Translations under genes and position numbers: made by a program
From: Heptranchias perlo
Lineage: Eukaryota
Direction: 5' to 3'
Assembly (NCBI RefSeq): GCF_035084215.1
Contig: NC_090340.1
Location: 14,632,001-14,696,000, forward strand
DNA length: 64,000 bases
Part shown: positions 36,306-51,237 of the stretch, one piece after another
Layout: every line of letters begins with the position of its first letter
Numbering within the stretch: position 1 is the stretch's first letter
The notes under the pieces: generated by a model
Database searches by the model: none
Seen by the model: the letters and a program-made list of their open reading frames with translations, nothing else
What the model was told of the DNA's origin: nothing

Positions 36306-38171
36306 TTGGGGATAAAAATCGAAAGGGTCCGTTTTTGGGTGCAGGTCGCGTGATGCGCTATTACCCTGCACCCAATGGCACCTGCGCAGGCAGGACGCAC
36401 GTTTGGACCCACCCGAGGACTTACCAGCTGTCAGCGTTCCTTTCCAGTCCTTGCACGTGGAATTAATGCAATTCGCACTTTCCACCAACAGAGGGCGGTC
36501 AATCTCTTAAAAGGAGGACGTTTCTTCGAAATCTCTTAAAGGTAGCTGCTCCCTGTTATTTGGAAAATAACAGTCGACTGTCTGAACGGAGATCAGACTT
36601 TGGACACGTAAAACATAGATGTAGGTCCCCTCTCCTATGTTTACACAATGATGAGCTATGTTAAAACATTGAATAAAGGTTGCACACTACTAAATCCCAC
36701 ATCTTCCAATCTGCACGAGAGACCGCACCAATCCGCCATGCTGAGTTGTTACCAGGCCTGCGAGTGTGCATGCACCAAGGTTCTCTGTTGATGCACTGGA
36801 GACCTTGTGTGCAAGAGGTGGACAGAAGCAGGGACATCCTAATTTCGCAGGCAGGGGGTGGGGGTGGTGGTGGGTGGGGTTGCGGGGCAAGAGGCCCTCC
36901 GGCCATATGCTCATAAGGCAGTGGCAGGATGCGGGGGACAGTGAGCGGTGAAGTCAATGCCAAGCGCACAGCATCATGAATATGGAGGCAGTGCAGGAAG
37001 AAGTTCAATGGTTTGACATGAGTGGTCAAGGTGAGTGAGGTCAAATATCAAGTGGCGTCTCCTAACAACTGCACCACACACCACACCCTCCATTCCCCAC
37101 ATACCAATAAACTTTTTCCATCACTACTCAACTCTTTCAATCAGAAGCTTCCTCTCACCCTTACACATTTTCACTGTTTCAAGCCACCCACCCACAACTC
37201 ACAGGCCACACACACTGGCAGCTATTCAACCATGACAGGCACATCACCGAGACACATGTCCCACTTTCTTGCAGGAGAAGGTGGCACATATCAAGGCACA
37301 ACAAGTGGCAGTGGAATTTAGCTCGTCGAGCCAGTCCCGCCATTCATTGAGATCATGGTGGCACTGTGACCCAACTCCATATACCCACCTTAGCCCCATA
37401 TCCATTAATACCTTTGCTTCACAGAAACCTATCAATCTCAGGTTTAACATTCACAAGTGAGCTCGCATCAACCACCTTTTGCAGAAGAGCATTCCAAATC
37501 TCCCCCACCCTTTGTGTTTAGAAACATTTCCTAACTTCACTCCTGCACATCCTGGTTCTAAATGTTAGGCTATGTCCCCGCGTCCGAGTATTGAAGTCTA
37601 GGAGACCTCCAAAAGCAGTAACAAATGTCTCAGCAGCCAGAAGCAATAATCCAGCAACTAACCTGTAAATCCTGCATGACCCCTTTAAAAAGCGCTGGTG
37701 GGTGGTTCTCCAGGCACTCGAAGACACGTTCAGATGGTCGGGGTTAAGACCGTGCATTGATTTGGGCGTGAAGTCCCAAAATGGTGTCTATCATTTTAAA
37801 TCATCGTTGCACACTAATTTTCCCTACTTTACCTGATTCCAGCGTTCCTTATCAGTGTCTGCGCTAACTCCTATACCAAGATGTCATTTGGTGCACGTCA
37901 TGATGGAAACGTGTGTGCGCATCGAAGACACCATCTTGGATGTCAGAGAATCCGTGGAGCGCTGAAGCAACGGGCGCTACACCGCCCATTTTAACACCCA
38001 GCGAGCCCCCCACCCCTTTCTTTATCTGCGCATGCGTAATACTCTTTAATAAGATGGCGTCCCGCGCACGTCACGCTGGACGGGCGTGCGCGCATTCCAC
38101 ACGCCATTCTGGGACTTCGGGAGGCTGCGTAGTGATTAAACAACCGGCGCTATACGGCCGAATTTATAGCC
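36306..38171 (+). mobile_element. Decayed PIF/Harbinger-like element with a Myb/SANT-like ORF remnant
   Basis: APRFSVDALE..QEVDRSRDIL..RPSGHMLIRQW..WRQCRKKFNGLT; right end GAATTTATAGCCC is TIR-like. Confidence 0.6.
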
Positions 38172-38879
38172 CTGTGTATCTTGAATTCTTTAAAATAAAC
38201 GTCCACGTCCAGGGATCCAAGGATTAAAAGGAAAGTTTGAATCACTTTTGCTTCCTGTATGCTTTATTTTTACAAGACATTGCAATTGAATCATCTGCTG
38301 AAATGGAGGTATTCCTGGAAAGAGAAGGGAATTTGGATTTGCCAATGAAGAGAGAAATAAATCGATATACATCCACAGTCTGACGTGGGTTGAACTGAGC
38401 ATCTCCAACCATTTGAATTAAAGACTGGATTCCAAAGATAGCCTGTTGTAAACGGTGTGGGTATTCTTTTGTAACCAGTGTCGAATGTCTACTTTCTCTC
38501 TTGAACAAGTTATAAACATGAGAACTGTGGTAGGGATTCCATGATTGTTTATGTGAAGGGAGAGGCGTGCAGCACAGAAGGTAGAAGACTGCCAAAGTAA
38601 GGATTGACGCTATTCGGTTAATTATGTTTTCTTGCTGTGACTGTCCAAATGTAAGGAGGACAAAACAATTTAAAGTTATGGATGGAGCAACTGTGTGGGG
38701 GAATATTGTTGAGAATTACAATGAGTTTTATAAAGGCATGGACTGTTTAGGTACTAAAGGAAATGAAGCAAGTGCTTTAAAACCCGCATTGAACTTATGA
38801 GAAATATTTGGCAAAGACGTAAATTATATAATCAGCGGGGAAAAAGTAGATGAATCAATATATTTTAAGCAAGCAAATC

Positions 38880-39635
38880 ATAGAATGCTAGAAAGATTAC
38901 GGCACGTAAGGAGGCCATTCAGCCCATTAAGCCTGCAAGTACCACTCCCCCCACCTTTCCCCTTAGCCCTACAATTTTTTCACCTTCAGGTACCTATCTA
39001 AATCCTTTTTGGAAGCTACAATTGAACCTGCTTCCACTACCCTTTCAGGAGTGACTTCCAGATCCTAACCACTAGCTGCGTAAAAAGGTTATTCCTCATG
39101 TCACCTTTGGTTCTTTTGCCAATCACCTTAAACCTATGTCCTCTGGTTCGCAACCCTTCCACCAATGGGAACAGTTTCTCTTTATTTACTTTGTCTCTAC
39201 CCTTCATGATTTTGACCACCTCTATCAAATCTCCTCTCAACCTTCTCTGCTCTAAGGAGAACAATCCCTGCTTTTCCAGTCTAAACACATAACTGAGGTC
39301 CCTCATCCCTGGAACCATTCCAGTAAATCTTTTCTGCACCCTCTCAAAGGCCGTCACATCCTTCCTAATCTACGGTGCCCAGAATGCGACAAAATACTCC
39401 AATTGTGGCCGAACCAGTGTTTTATAAAGGTTCAACATAACATCCTCGCTTTTGTACACTTTGCCTCTATTTATAAAGCCCAGGATCCCGTATGCTTTTG
39501 CAACCACTGTCTCAACCTGCCGTGCCTCCTTCAACGACCTGTGTATATTACCACCCAGGTCTCTCTGCATCTGCACCGCCTTTAGAGTTTTACGCTTTAT
39601 TTTGTAGGCCTCTCCTCGTTCTTCCTAACAAAATG
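38880..39635 (-). mobile_element. CR1 3' fragment
   Basis: ORFs 39037-39357 and 39370-39576. Confidence 0.8.
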
Positions 39636-40319
39636 TAAATACTGCAGATGCTGGAAATATGATATAAAAAAAGAAACGGCTGGAGGAGGCAACATCTGTG
39701 GAGAAGAAAAAAAATAAGCATTACGTTTTTCGTCAGAACCGCCAAAAAATTAAAGCGTTGGTGTTCATAACTAAAAAAAGGACAAAATAATCACTTAAGA
39801 AACAGTCGGGTGCTTTTCTGGGAAGCAATGGACTTTTCTAGATCAATGAGGTCGCAAGTAAATGGATGAGTCCTGGGTTATGATGCAAAGAAGAGCGTTC
39901 TATCTGTAACATAACGCAAAGAAATAAAAATTAATCCGATTGAGTTCATAAAGCGAATTATCAATCGTTATTATTATGTCCATTTATGTTAGTAAATTTG
40001 GCGCGTGCACGAGTTGGTGTGCATACTTGATTTTCCTTGTGAGGGCCATACACGAACATAATCACAAGCAGTTACAACGCTTTCGGTTGTCTCCCATTCA
40101 CCTCTTGTTATGACGTTCAACTATTGCAAACATGCAGCCTATGAGAAGATAGTGTCTGGTATTACCTCCTGTTGTGTTCCAGATGAAGCACACTTGTCTG
40201 CATCGTAACCCAGGATTCATCCAGTGTACTACCTCAACTTTCCCCCACAAACCAGAATATTTTCCAATTCATCACCCCTCATGCGCTTTTTAACCGTAAT
40301 TACAATGGGAGTCCAGCCC

Positions 40320-41790
40320 TCCCGGAACAGGAGTGGGCCGTTTAGCCTCTCAAGCCAGTTCCATCCTTCATTTAGATCACAGGTGATTTGTACCTTAACT
40401 CCATTCACCCATCTTGGTTCTGTAACCCTTGAGTCCCTTACCTAACAAAAATCTATCAACATTAGTTTTGAAATTTTCATTGACCCCCAGCTTCAACAGC
40501 TTTTTGGGCTTGAGAGTTCCAGATTTCCACGGCCCTTTGTGCGAAGAAGTGCTTCCTGGCTCCACCCCTGAACGGCCTAGCTCTAATTTTAAAGTTGTGT
40601 TCCCTTGTTCTAGACTCCCCACTGTCGGATACAGTTTCACCCTATATACCCTGTCAACTTCTTTAATCATCTTAAACACGAAAATTAACACACCCTTAAC
40701 CTTCTACACTTAAGCGGATACAAGCCTAGTGCATGGAACCAGTCATTAGAATTTAACCCTTTTAGCCCAGGTATCATTCTGGTGAATCTTGGCTGCACCC
40801 TCTCCAAGGTCAAATATCCCATCTGAGATGCAGGGCCCAAAACTGAACGCAGCACTCTAAATGGAGTCTAACCAGAGCTTTGTATAACTGTGATATAACT
40901 TCCACTCCTTTGTATTCTAGCCGCCCTGAGATAAAGGCCAACATTCCATTAACCTTTTAAATTATTTCCTGTACCTGTCTATTAGCTTTTAGTGATTTCT
41001 GTACTTGGACCCCTAAATCTCTCTGCTCCTCCACAGGTCCTAGTTTCCCACCATTTGATGACTTCATACTTCCCCGCATTAAAATCCATCTGACACAGTT
41101 TTACCCATTCACTTTATCAATTTCTCATTGCAACTTTCTTCTCCCATCTATTATATTTAATGTGCCACCTAACTTGGTGTTGTCAGCAAACTTGTTACTG
41201 TCAGCAAACATACGGCTGTCAATTTCTTCATCTAAGTCATTTATAAATATAGTGAAAAGCTGAGGTCCCAAGTACAGATCCCTGGGGAACACCACTCGTC
41301 ACATTCTGACAATTTGAATATATATCCATTGTTGCTACTCTCTGTCTCCTACCTTGTAACCAATTCCCTATGCATATCCATAGGTTGCCTCTAATTCCAT
41401 TTGCTCTCACTGTTGCTAACAGTCTCTTATGTGGAACCTTGTCGAATACCTTCTGGAAGTCCATATAAATAACATCCATGGTCACTCCCTCATCTACCAC
41501 CTTAGTTACCTCCTCAAAAAAATCAACTTGGTGCATTAGACATGACGTAACCTTTTCAAATGCATGCTGGCTCTCTCTGATCAGTTCATATTTGTCCAAG
41601 TGCTCAGTCACTCTGACCCTAATAACAGATTCTAGTAACTTCCCCACAACGGACGTTAGACTATTAGGCCCATAATTTACTTGTTTATCTCTTCTACTCT
41701 AATAAATGATGGAATGACTTTGGCAATTTGCCAATCGAAGAGGACAATTCCTGAACCAAGAAAGTTTTGGAAGATCATCTACAATTTCCT
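40320..41790 (-). mobile_element. Degenerate CR1 ORF2
   Basis: ORF 41237-41647 with DFQKVFDKVPH and GVPQGSVLG. Confidence 0.8.
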
Positions 41791-43327
41791 CACCTACTTT
41801 TGCCCAGTGTCCTGTCCCTGTGGTGGTTAGAGTCGGAAGTCATGATGTCACATCAGGAGAAGAACTACGCAAAATCTTCTCCATGATCGCCTCCATCCTA
41901 CAGTTCGAAGGTATAAAACACTGTAATAAGGGACAACTTTAATTAGCAGCATTCCTCTTAAAATAGTTATAATTATGGGGAAATTTTATGTAAAAATCCA
42001 TCACTGTTGCTAAATTCTATTTACGTTTTAACTAACTGGCCAGAAATTACATTTCGGGATCCCGTATGATCAGCGGAACAGTATTGCGTACATGAAGAAA
42101 TTTCATGGGAGGGATTTAACCAATTCACTGCAGCAGAAATGCAGGAGAAAAAAAATAAAACGCTAGTTAATGTATTTCGAAAAACACACCTGCTGTTTGT
42201 TCCACATTTAGTATAATGTCGGAAAATGTGAAGAATGGAACAGGTTTTGCGTCTTAAGGCGGCGCGATTATACATTCTAGATTTCACCACTGGAGATATT
42301 AAGAAATGTTACAGGGCAAGTATGTAGTAAAGTCGTGGTTGAATATGGACATTTCATGTTGTTGCATATGCGGCGTTTTTGCAGAATGTTGATATGAACA
42401 GAACCAAATTTAATACTTGAACTGCTGCTCTGGAGAGGCGAACTGATGAGCCATGTTCTTTATTTAGATGGGGAAAGTGGTGCGCTTGTATCACTACTAA
42501 ACAACAAGTTTCAGTACTGCAAAAACCACATGGCCAAAACCTTCGCTATTTGCCTACATTTCATCAGAATACATGATAAGTCGAACATACTGACATTTCA
42601 CGCTTCTATATCTGGATTGCGTTATATTGCGAGTTATCTAATTAATTCATAGCCCGAATATGCATTCTCCAATTTGAAACACTATTATTAGATAAGGAAA
42701 TCGATTCTAAAAAAAACAGAATTATAGGTAAACAGTTGCTGAACATTTACGATATTTTTTCCGACTGTCTCATAGTGGAACATTTGGTATTGTAAGCATG
42801 AGCCTGCTTGCTAATGCCTATTGTCACCCGACCCAGGTATTTAGGCGATCCACTCTGTTCACGTCATCACATTTAAATTCAGAATAAAAACTGCTTATTC
42901 AAACGTTGCCAACGGGAACATAAGGCTATCAATCCTGAGTTCGCTTTCAGCCTGATACGTCCAAAATGATATCTGAATTATTTAGTTTATTGACGTCATT
43001 TTGCCACCAAACAAGCACACAAAATAGCATTGTCAAATCTGAAGCGATTAAAGTGGGTTTGACCTTATGCCCAGGAACAACAGCCAATTGGACTCAATTT
43101 TAGGTGTGATTTCCTCCCTAAACCTTGCCCAATTTACCTTTTGGGACGGGAAATACAGAGGACTGAATTTATACTGTGGTCTACGATCTGCTACTGCAAT
43201 TAATTTGATCGGACAGCGACCATGGGAGTGAAATTCAGCCTTGGCGGGGGCGCAGAATGGGCGATGGTGTGCACCCTGTCAGATTTTCCTACTCGCAGAA
43301 AGTCAAAATCGACCCCAGTGTCCTATT

Positions 43328-43511
43328 GGAGTATAAATTCGCCTTGTGCATTAGCGCAAATCGGGCGCTAGCGAATCGTCATTCCGTTTTGCACTTTGCA
43401 CGATTATTTTCCATTGAAGTAAATGGACAGGAAAATCAGGCCGAGTGCAAAACCGGCTGCCGATTCGCTTCGGCCCGTTTTTGCGCTACCGCTCAAAAAG
43501 AATTTATAGCC
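43328..43511. mobile_element. Palindromic MITE (Harbinger/Tourist-like)
   Basis: Ends GGAGTATAAATTC / GAATTTATAGCC, long internal inverted symmetry around CCATTGAAGTAAATGG. Related decayed copies at ~12755-12842, ~14266-14440 and ~43223-43317. Confidence 0.65.
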
Positions 43512-43739
43512 AGTAGTGAGACCGAACTCCAATTTCAGGCGACATTTGTATGAAAAGTGCAGCTTTCAAGTCGCTACAAGTGTAATGTAAATGCACCGTA
43601 AGAGATGACTTTTGATAATCTGGGCTACAAGTTTGAGATAGATCTGTAAACTTATTCCACAGTTCTGACAAGTGCAGTTCGTGTCCCATTATTCAGAAAT
43701 TGTCTTGCGTGAGTTTTAAGGAAAACGCAAAGATGTTTG

Positions 43740-45210
43740 ATAAATACAAAAAGAGCAAGAAGTTAACTAATGAAAGAGTAAGGCCTATTAGGGACCAAAG
43801 AGGTAACCTCTGTGTGGAGGCGAAAAACGTGGGTATGGTTCTTAATGAATATTTTGTGTCTGTCTTCACAAAAGAGAAGAAGGATGGAGACATTGTAGGT
43901 AAGGAGGAGTATGAAATATTGGATGGGATAAAAATAGAGAGAGAGGAAATATTAGGGGGATTAGCATCTTTGAAACCTTGGATTTGTTAAGGGATGGTCG
44001 TATCTGACTAACTTGATTGAATTTTCTGAGGAGGCAACAAGGAAGGTCGATGAGGGTAACGCATTTGTTGTAGTGTACATGGATGTTAGCAAGGCTTTTG
44101 TCCAGGCCTCACATTGCAGACTGGTCAGAAAAGTAAAAGCCCATGAGATCCAAGGGAAAGTGGGAAGTCGGATCCAAAATTGGCTTAGTAGCAGGAAGCA
44201 AAGAGTAATGGTCCACAGGTGTTTTTGTGACTGGAAGGCTGTTTCCAGTTGGGTTCCACAGGGCTCATTACTAGGCCCCTTGCTTTTCGTGGTATATATC
44301 ATTGATTTAGACTTAAATAGAGGGGGCATGATTAAGAAGTTTGCAGATGATACAAAAATATGGCAAAAGATATCAAGGACTGGTCAGGTGGGCAGAAAAG
44401 GAGCAAGTTAATTTCAATCCAGAGAAATGTGGGGTAATGCATTTGGGGAGGGCAAACAAGGTTAGGGAATACACAATAAATGGTAGGATACTGAGAAGTG
44501 TAAAGGACGAGAGGAACCTGGGAGTGCATGTCCACAAATCCCTGAAGGTAGCAGGACAGGTCGATCAGATGGTTAAGAAGGCAAATGGAATACTTTCCTT
44601 TATTAGCCAAAAAATCGAATGGAAGAGCAGGGAGGTCATACTAGAACTGTATAAAACACGATTTAGGCCAAAGTTCGAGTACTGCTTACGGTTCTGCTCA
44701 CCATATTACAGGAAATATGTGATTACACTGGAGAGGGTACAGAGGCGATTTATGAGCATGTTGTCAGGAAAGGAGAATTTTAGCTATGAGGAAAGATTGG
44801 ATAGGCTTGTTTTTTTTCCTTGGAACCGAGGAGGCTGAGGGGAGATTTAATTGAGGTGTATAAAATTATATGGGGCAGAGATAGAGTTGAAAGGAAGGAT
44901 CTATTTCCCTTAGCAGAGGGGTCAATAACCAGGGGGCAAAGATTTAAAAGTAATTGGTAGAAAGATTAGAGGGGAGATGAGGATAATTCTTTTCACCCGA
45001 AGGGTAGGGGGCGGGAGGGTTCTGGATCTCACTGTCTGAAAGGATGGTAGAGGCAGAAACCTTCATCACATTTAAAAAATACTTGGATATGCACATGAAA
45101 TGCGATATCCTACGGACCAAGAGCTGGGAAGTGGGATTAGGCTGGGTAGCTCTTTTTTGGCTGGCACAGAATACCCTCCTTATGTGCCGTACATTTCTAT
45201 GATTTTATGA
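43740..45210 (+). mobile_element. CR1 ORF2 fragment with 3' tail
   Basis: ORFs 43700-44838; tail tttctatgattttatga. Confidence 0.8.
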
Positions 45211-45894
45211 ATTTGATTCTTCACAACTGGAACTTCCGTAACCATAATTTGGATTGGTTGCTGCAAGATAGTAACAGAATATTAAATCAAAATGCAAATG
45301 TTCGGTTTTTAATCAATCAAATTATTGCCTCTGGAGCATTGTGATTTGTTTATTTCAGAGTTTATTTTGTTAATCGCTGGAGGACTCCCATTGGCCCTGC
45401 TCGCCGAATCGGGGGTTCTCTAAGAACAGGGATATAATGCAAAGTAATTTTAGAATGGAAATTGATTAAGCAGCATTCAGGCAGACCAGGAATCTGGGAG
45501 CATTCGGAAGATTAGAGTTTTAAAAGTATTGGGATTGTGGTCTAGCTGTTCATTGAGGATCTCGGGTCTGTCTGCATTGAGAGAGTGCCCAAGTATTCTG
45601 GCAACACTCAAGAGAGAGATAATGGCAATAAACTGCAAGGCCTGACTTACGGGATGTCAGTGAGATGGATGTTGGGTTGTGCTCAGCGTCCGGCAGCAAT
45701 GGCGGCAATTCTAGAATCACGGAGCTTTCGAAATGTAGTTGAATGGTTTGGGAGCACTGGAAGGTGTGGGGGTTGGGGGGGGGGTGTCTCAGATCTGACA
45801 GTGCGGTCAGCAAGTCCGAGAAGGGGAGCCGCAGGACCCAGCATGACTGAGACAGTGGTTTGGGAACACCGGAGGACAGGACCCCGGCAGTATT

Positions 45895-46118
45895 CTTTTA
45901 TTCGTTCATGGGATGTGGGCGTCGCTGGCGAGGCCGGCATTTATTGCCCATCCTTAATTGCCTTTCAGAAGGTGGTGGTGAGCCGCCTTCTTGAACCGCT
46001 GCAGTCCGTGTGGTGACAGTTCTCCCACAGTGCTGTTAGGAATGGAGTTCCAGGATTTTGACCCAGCGACGATGAAGGAACGGCGATATATTTCCAAGTC
46101 GGGATGGTGTGTGACTTG
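45895..46118 (-). mobile_element. Short 3' fragment of the young LINE family
   Basis: Near-identical to the 3' ends at 17650-17877 and 24633-24860. Confidence 0.8.
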
Positions 46119-48302
46119 GGTGCTGTTGAGATCTGGCAACAATGGGGAAGCAAGATCTTGCAACTTTGCAGTGAATTGGGGGCCCAGAAGAATAGGACCT
46201 AAACTGCCTTTGGTCCCTTTTATACCATCAGACCCCAACTTAACACTATCTTCCAGGCTCGCTCCCAAAGGTCCTCTACCATTCGTCCCGTTGGCAGCCA
46301 ATCTCTGCCTTAAAGCACCTAACTATAACTTTTCTGCTTCTTGCAATTAATGGGCAGCATGGAGCGGAGGTGACATTTTCACAATATTCTCTTTCAGCCT
46401 ATGCCAGGCGCACAAGTGTGAAGAGTTTATCCTTTAGTTCATACGCCAGCTTACTAGCCTTGACATTCCACAGCGATACTCCCAGTCTTTCAGCCATTTG
46501 TACCGTTTCTCTAATGTTTTTGCCCGTCTCCTGCCGAAGTTATAGCAGACCAGGATAACGCACACGGAATTTCATGGTACAGTCTTTCATAAGCATAACA
46601 TTTTGATTGTGGAAACCACAGTCACAAGGTTGCAAATCACAGAGTCTGTCTCTCACTGGTGTTATCTAAGCAGTTCAAAACAGAGAACAGCATCTCTTAA
46701 TAAATGTTACCACTTTCATGAAATAAATATTTGAGAATTCAATCTTAATTTTATTTCAAAGTCCTTTGGAAAAAGCAAAGACATTCTGAAATCCTCACGG
46801 ACTTTCTCGGGAATCAATGGAATATAATTAAGCAAATAATTGGAATGTTTACTCAATATCCATGTCCGTGATTTCAAATATTTTTTTCTTGTAAGTGGAA
46901 AGCCTTGCATCATTCGCAATGTCACATTTATCCGACAGCGTTTGGAATCCCGGCCCCTCTAACGATCTGCAATCATATGCAGCCACTCCGGGCTTCACTC
47001 AGACGAGTTACAGCTCGCAATGGACTGATATTAAAAGTGACGACGTACGAAGGCAGATTTCACATATCAACTCCTCTAAAATGAATATTTCTGCTCTCAC
47101 TACCGAGATATTCCGACCCATTTATGAGATGATTCTGTGACGATCGCTGCACTTCAAAATGCCTAACGTATTGCTGTTTGCTGAAATCGCCAATCACTGA
47201 TTCTGAGGCACCGGACAACGCTGCTTTCAGTTTTCAGTGATGCACCAGTTCTTCTCCCTTTGTGTCACCTGGGAACGTCTCGTTCTCCCTCTGAAGTTTT
47301 GTAAAAGAAACAACAGAAAATGTAAAGGTGTGTTTCATTATTTTTAAAAGTGGCATCGCGTCCCAGTGATGATCATAACCATTAGAAATGCGAATCTAGA
47401 AAATACACACCCAGAAACCCTGATGTAAGAAAGCATACCGCTACAATCTACAAGACGTCAGCATCTAAATCCCGCTCCCGTTGCTTCTTTGTGAGTGAAC
47501 AGTCCAAAGCTTGGTGAAATCTGCTTGTGATGTTTATCCAAGGATAAAAAGCGATTTCGCAATAAATCCTTGACTGCCAGAACCTAATTTTCCCTGTGGC
47601 AGCTTTTCAGAAATTTCCTGCGTAAATGCACCTTATGTGTTTTGTTTAACCCATTTTGTAGTCCAGTTCTGATTGAATTGTATGGAATCCATGGATCAAC
47701 GCGAGAATCACATTGCTCTTGCATCGCATCACATCGGGAAATATGCAAAACAGGATTTCATCCAATGTCTTGCAGATAACGGCACTGTGTATGACATGCG
47801 TTCGATAAAGCCTGGTTTAACCCCTTGTGGTCAGTTTCTATCTTTACTGCTTTAAATAATACACTTCCAGTGTCTTGCCGCGTCTTCCTGCTTCTTTATA
47901 TTCCCTTACGCCTAAAGGAATGTATTATTGCTTTTAGCCTGAACACATTAGTCTAACGATGTGTCCTTGGAGAAAACGAGAGCATGGATTGGGCATTCTG
48001 CATAATCTTCGATGCACCATCCTGCATTTGCAGGTAATTGCTAACCCCTACACCCTTGTGGCACAATGACTATGCAGGTTTCGATTCATAGGGGATTTTC
48101 TTCTGCTTATGAAACCATCGTTTCTGCAGTGGGCTAAAGTTACAAGTATTGAAAGTTCAGTCTGTTACAATCTATTTCCTGAATCGGCAGCCATATGCCC
48201 AACGTCACTGCGACACAATTCGTATTACACAGTCCGCAACCACCTTTACATTACCAAATCCATGCACAGTGCGGGAGCAATCACCTTACTCCTTTGCTCA
48301 GA

Positions 48303-48962
48303 ATGTTGACGAGTTTTGTATTTCTCCTGAAGATCATTTACACAGGTACCTACAATTCTATAACCCAGCTGCCTCGATAAACAAAAACATGTGAAATGGT
48401 TTCCGCTGAATCACCATGAAATTCAAATCTCTCCCAATTTTGCTGATTTCTTTGTTTCATCCTCACGACGTATCTAATAAAATTAACCAAACTTTGAATC
48501 TATTGCCTCACAGCCGCTTCTAATATTTCGATCAGTCACAACTTCTTGGACACGCGATTAGATTCCGAGGGACACACATCACCTACTGTATATTCCACTC
48601 AACACAAATTCAGTGAAATTTAGTTAATCTTCGCGATGCTTCTTCACCTCTTACATTTGTAGCTAGAAGTGTCTTCCAAAGTGTTTGGTTTTGCGTCCAA
48701 TGCAATTAACCACGGATATTTTCTAACATCTGCGGCGCGTACTTCGATCAGAGTGGCTCAAATTCCCGAACATGTGATTGCATTAAGAGGGACAGACATC
48801 GTGTCCTACTGTGTAATCTCCCTCTCTCAGGACAACTCTTGAATAGACGTGTGTTGGTGGAAACAGGTTGAGAATGGACCTGCAAAGTGTAACGGATAAC
48901 AGAAAATGATTTGGTCTGAAAGTTAAAGAAGGCGGTTTCTTTCATTTGCTGAACGCGACTTT
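48303..48962 (+). pseudogene. Leader + V pseudogene (copy 2)
   Basis: Leader 48303-48345 MLTSFVFLLKIIYT (phase 1). Frameshifted partial V from 48514. Second V at 48730-48962 has a stop and frameshift and is cut by CR1 at the same site as copy 1. Confidence 0.85.
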
Positions 48963-51237
48963 AAGATAAGAACATAAGAAATTGGAGCAGGAGTAGTCTA
49001 TAAGGTTCGCTCGAGCCTGGTCCGCCATTCAATAAGATCATGGTTGATATTCTACCTCAACTCGACTTTCCCACCCTATCCCCATTTCCCCTGATCCCCT
49101 TAGTTTACAAATATCCATCGATCTCAGCCTTAAATATACTCAAAGACACAGCATCCACAGTCCTCTGGCAAAGAGCATTCCAGAGATTCACAATATTCTA
49201 AGTGAAGAAATTTCTCCTCATCTCGGTCCTAAATGGACGACCCCTTATCTTGACACTATGATCTCTAGTTCTAGACTCTCCAGCCAGGTGAAACAGCCGC
49301 TCAGCATCTATCCTGTCAAGCCCTCTAAGAATTTTATACGTTTCAATGAGATCACCTCTCATTCTTCCAAACTCCAGAGAATATAGGCCCATTCTACTCA
49401 ATCTATCCTCATAGGACAACCCTTTTGTCCCAGGAATCAATCTGGTGAACCTTCCTTGCACCGTTTCTAAGCAAGGTACATCCTTACGTAAGGAGACCAA
49501 AACTGTACACAATTCTTCAAATGTGGTCTCACTGGAGCCCGATATAATTGCAAGACTTCCTTACTCTTATACTCCTACCCCCTTCCAATAACATATTGTT
49601 TGCCTTCCTAATTGCTTGATTATCCTACATGTTGACTTTCTGTGATTCATGTACATGGACAGACAAATTCCCATGATTATCAATATTTCTGGGTCTGTTT
49701 TTCTATTCTTCCTACCAAAGTGGATAATTTCACATTTATCGGCGTCATCCTCCATCTGCCACCTTCTTACGTCCTCCTTGCAGTTTACTTTCCAACCTAA
49801 CCTATACATTAGACTCGGTCCCCTCATCTGAGTCATTAATATATATTGTAAACAATTGAGGCCCAAGCACTGATCCTTGTGGCACCCCACTAGGTACAAC
49901 CTGCCAACCTGAAAATTAGCCGTTCATTACTACTCTCTGATTTCTTTCCGTTAGCCAATCCTCAATCCATGCTAATCTGTTGCTCCCAATCTCATGATCC
50001 CTAATCTTGTGGTAACAACCTGTTGAGTGGTATCTTATCAAATGCCTTTTGGAAATCCAATTATTACATCCACTGATTCTCCCTTATCTACCCTGCTAGT
50101 CACACCCTCAACAGATTCTAACAAATTTGTCAAACACGATTTCCCTTTCACACAACCGTGTTGACTCTGCCGAATCATATTATCATTTTCTAAGTACCCT
50201 GTTACCACGTCTTTAATAATAGATTCCAGCATATTTCCGACTACTGATATCAGGCTAACTGGCCTATAGTTCCCTATTTTCTCTCTCCCTCCTTTCATGA
50301 AAAGCGGGGCTACATTTGCCACCTTCCAATCCACGGGGACCATTCCACAATCTTGGGAAATCTGGAAGATCAAAACCAATGTATCAACTATCTCTGTAGT
50401 TACCTTTTTTAAAACCCTAGGATGTAGGCCATCAGGTCCAGGGGATTTGTTGGCTTTTAGTCCCAATAATTTATCCAATACTTTTTCTTTACTAATCTTA
50501 ATTATTTTGTGTTCATCACTCTCATTGGACCCTTGTTTTTCCATTATTTCCGGTATGTTTTTTGTGTCTTCTATTGTGAAGACCGATGCAAAATATTTGT
50601 TTAATGTCTCTGCCATTTCCTTGTTCCCCATTACAATTTCTTCTGTCTCTGCCTCAAAGGGATCCAAGTTTACTTTTGTTAACCTCTCCCTTTTTACATA
50701 CTTGTAGAATCTCTTACAATCTATTTTCATATTCCTTGCTAGTTTGCTCTTATATTCAATTTTCTCCCTCTTTATCAATTCCTTGGTCACCCTTTACTGA
50801 TTTCCAAAACCCTCCCAATCCTCAGGTTTACTACTATTTTTTGGCAACATTGTGAGCCTCTTCTTTTAATCTAATACTATCCTTAAATTTTCTAGTTAGC
50901 GACGGTTGGATCACTTTTCCCATGGGATTTTTATTTCTTAAGGGAATGTATACTTATTGAGAATTATGAATTATTGCTTTAAATGTTCGTCATTGCTTAT
51001 ATACCATCATATCTTTTAATGTCATGTCACAATCTACCTTATTCAACTTGCCCCTCATACCGATGTAAAAGGCTTTGTTTAAATTTAAGACCCGAGTTTC
51101 AGACTTAACCAGATCATTCTCGAACTCAATATGAAGTTCTGTTATATCATGACCACGCTCCCCCAGAGGATCCTTAACTATATGATTGCTAATTAAACTT
51201 GTCTTATTACACAATACTAGATCTAAAATAGCCTGTG
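48963..51237 (-). mobile_element. CR1 ORF2 (~2.3 kb, degenerate)
   Basis: ORFs 50038-50790 (KSPGPDGLHPR, NYRPVSL) and 49198-49512. Confidence 0.85.

Noticed and set aside
39636-39742. Remnant of another Penelope-type terminal repeat/hammerhead
   Set aside because: Helix II between CTGACGA and the following A-run is missing; too decayed to call.
46130-46620. Possible gag-like LTR fragment
   Set aside because: No diagnostic motif recognised.
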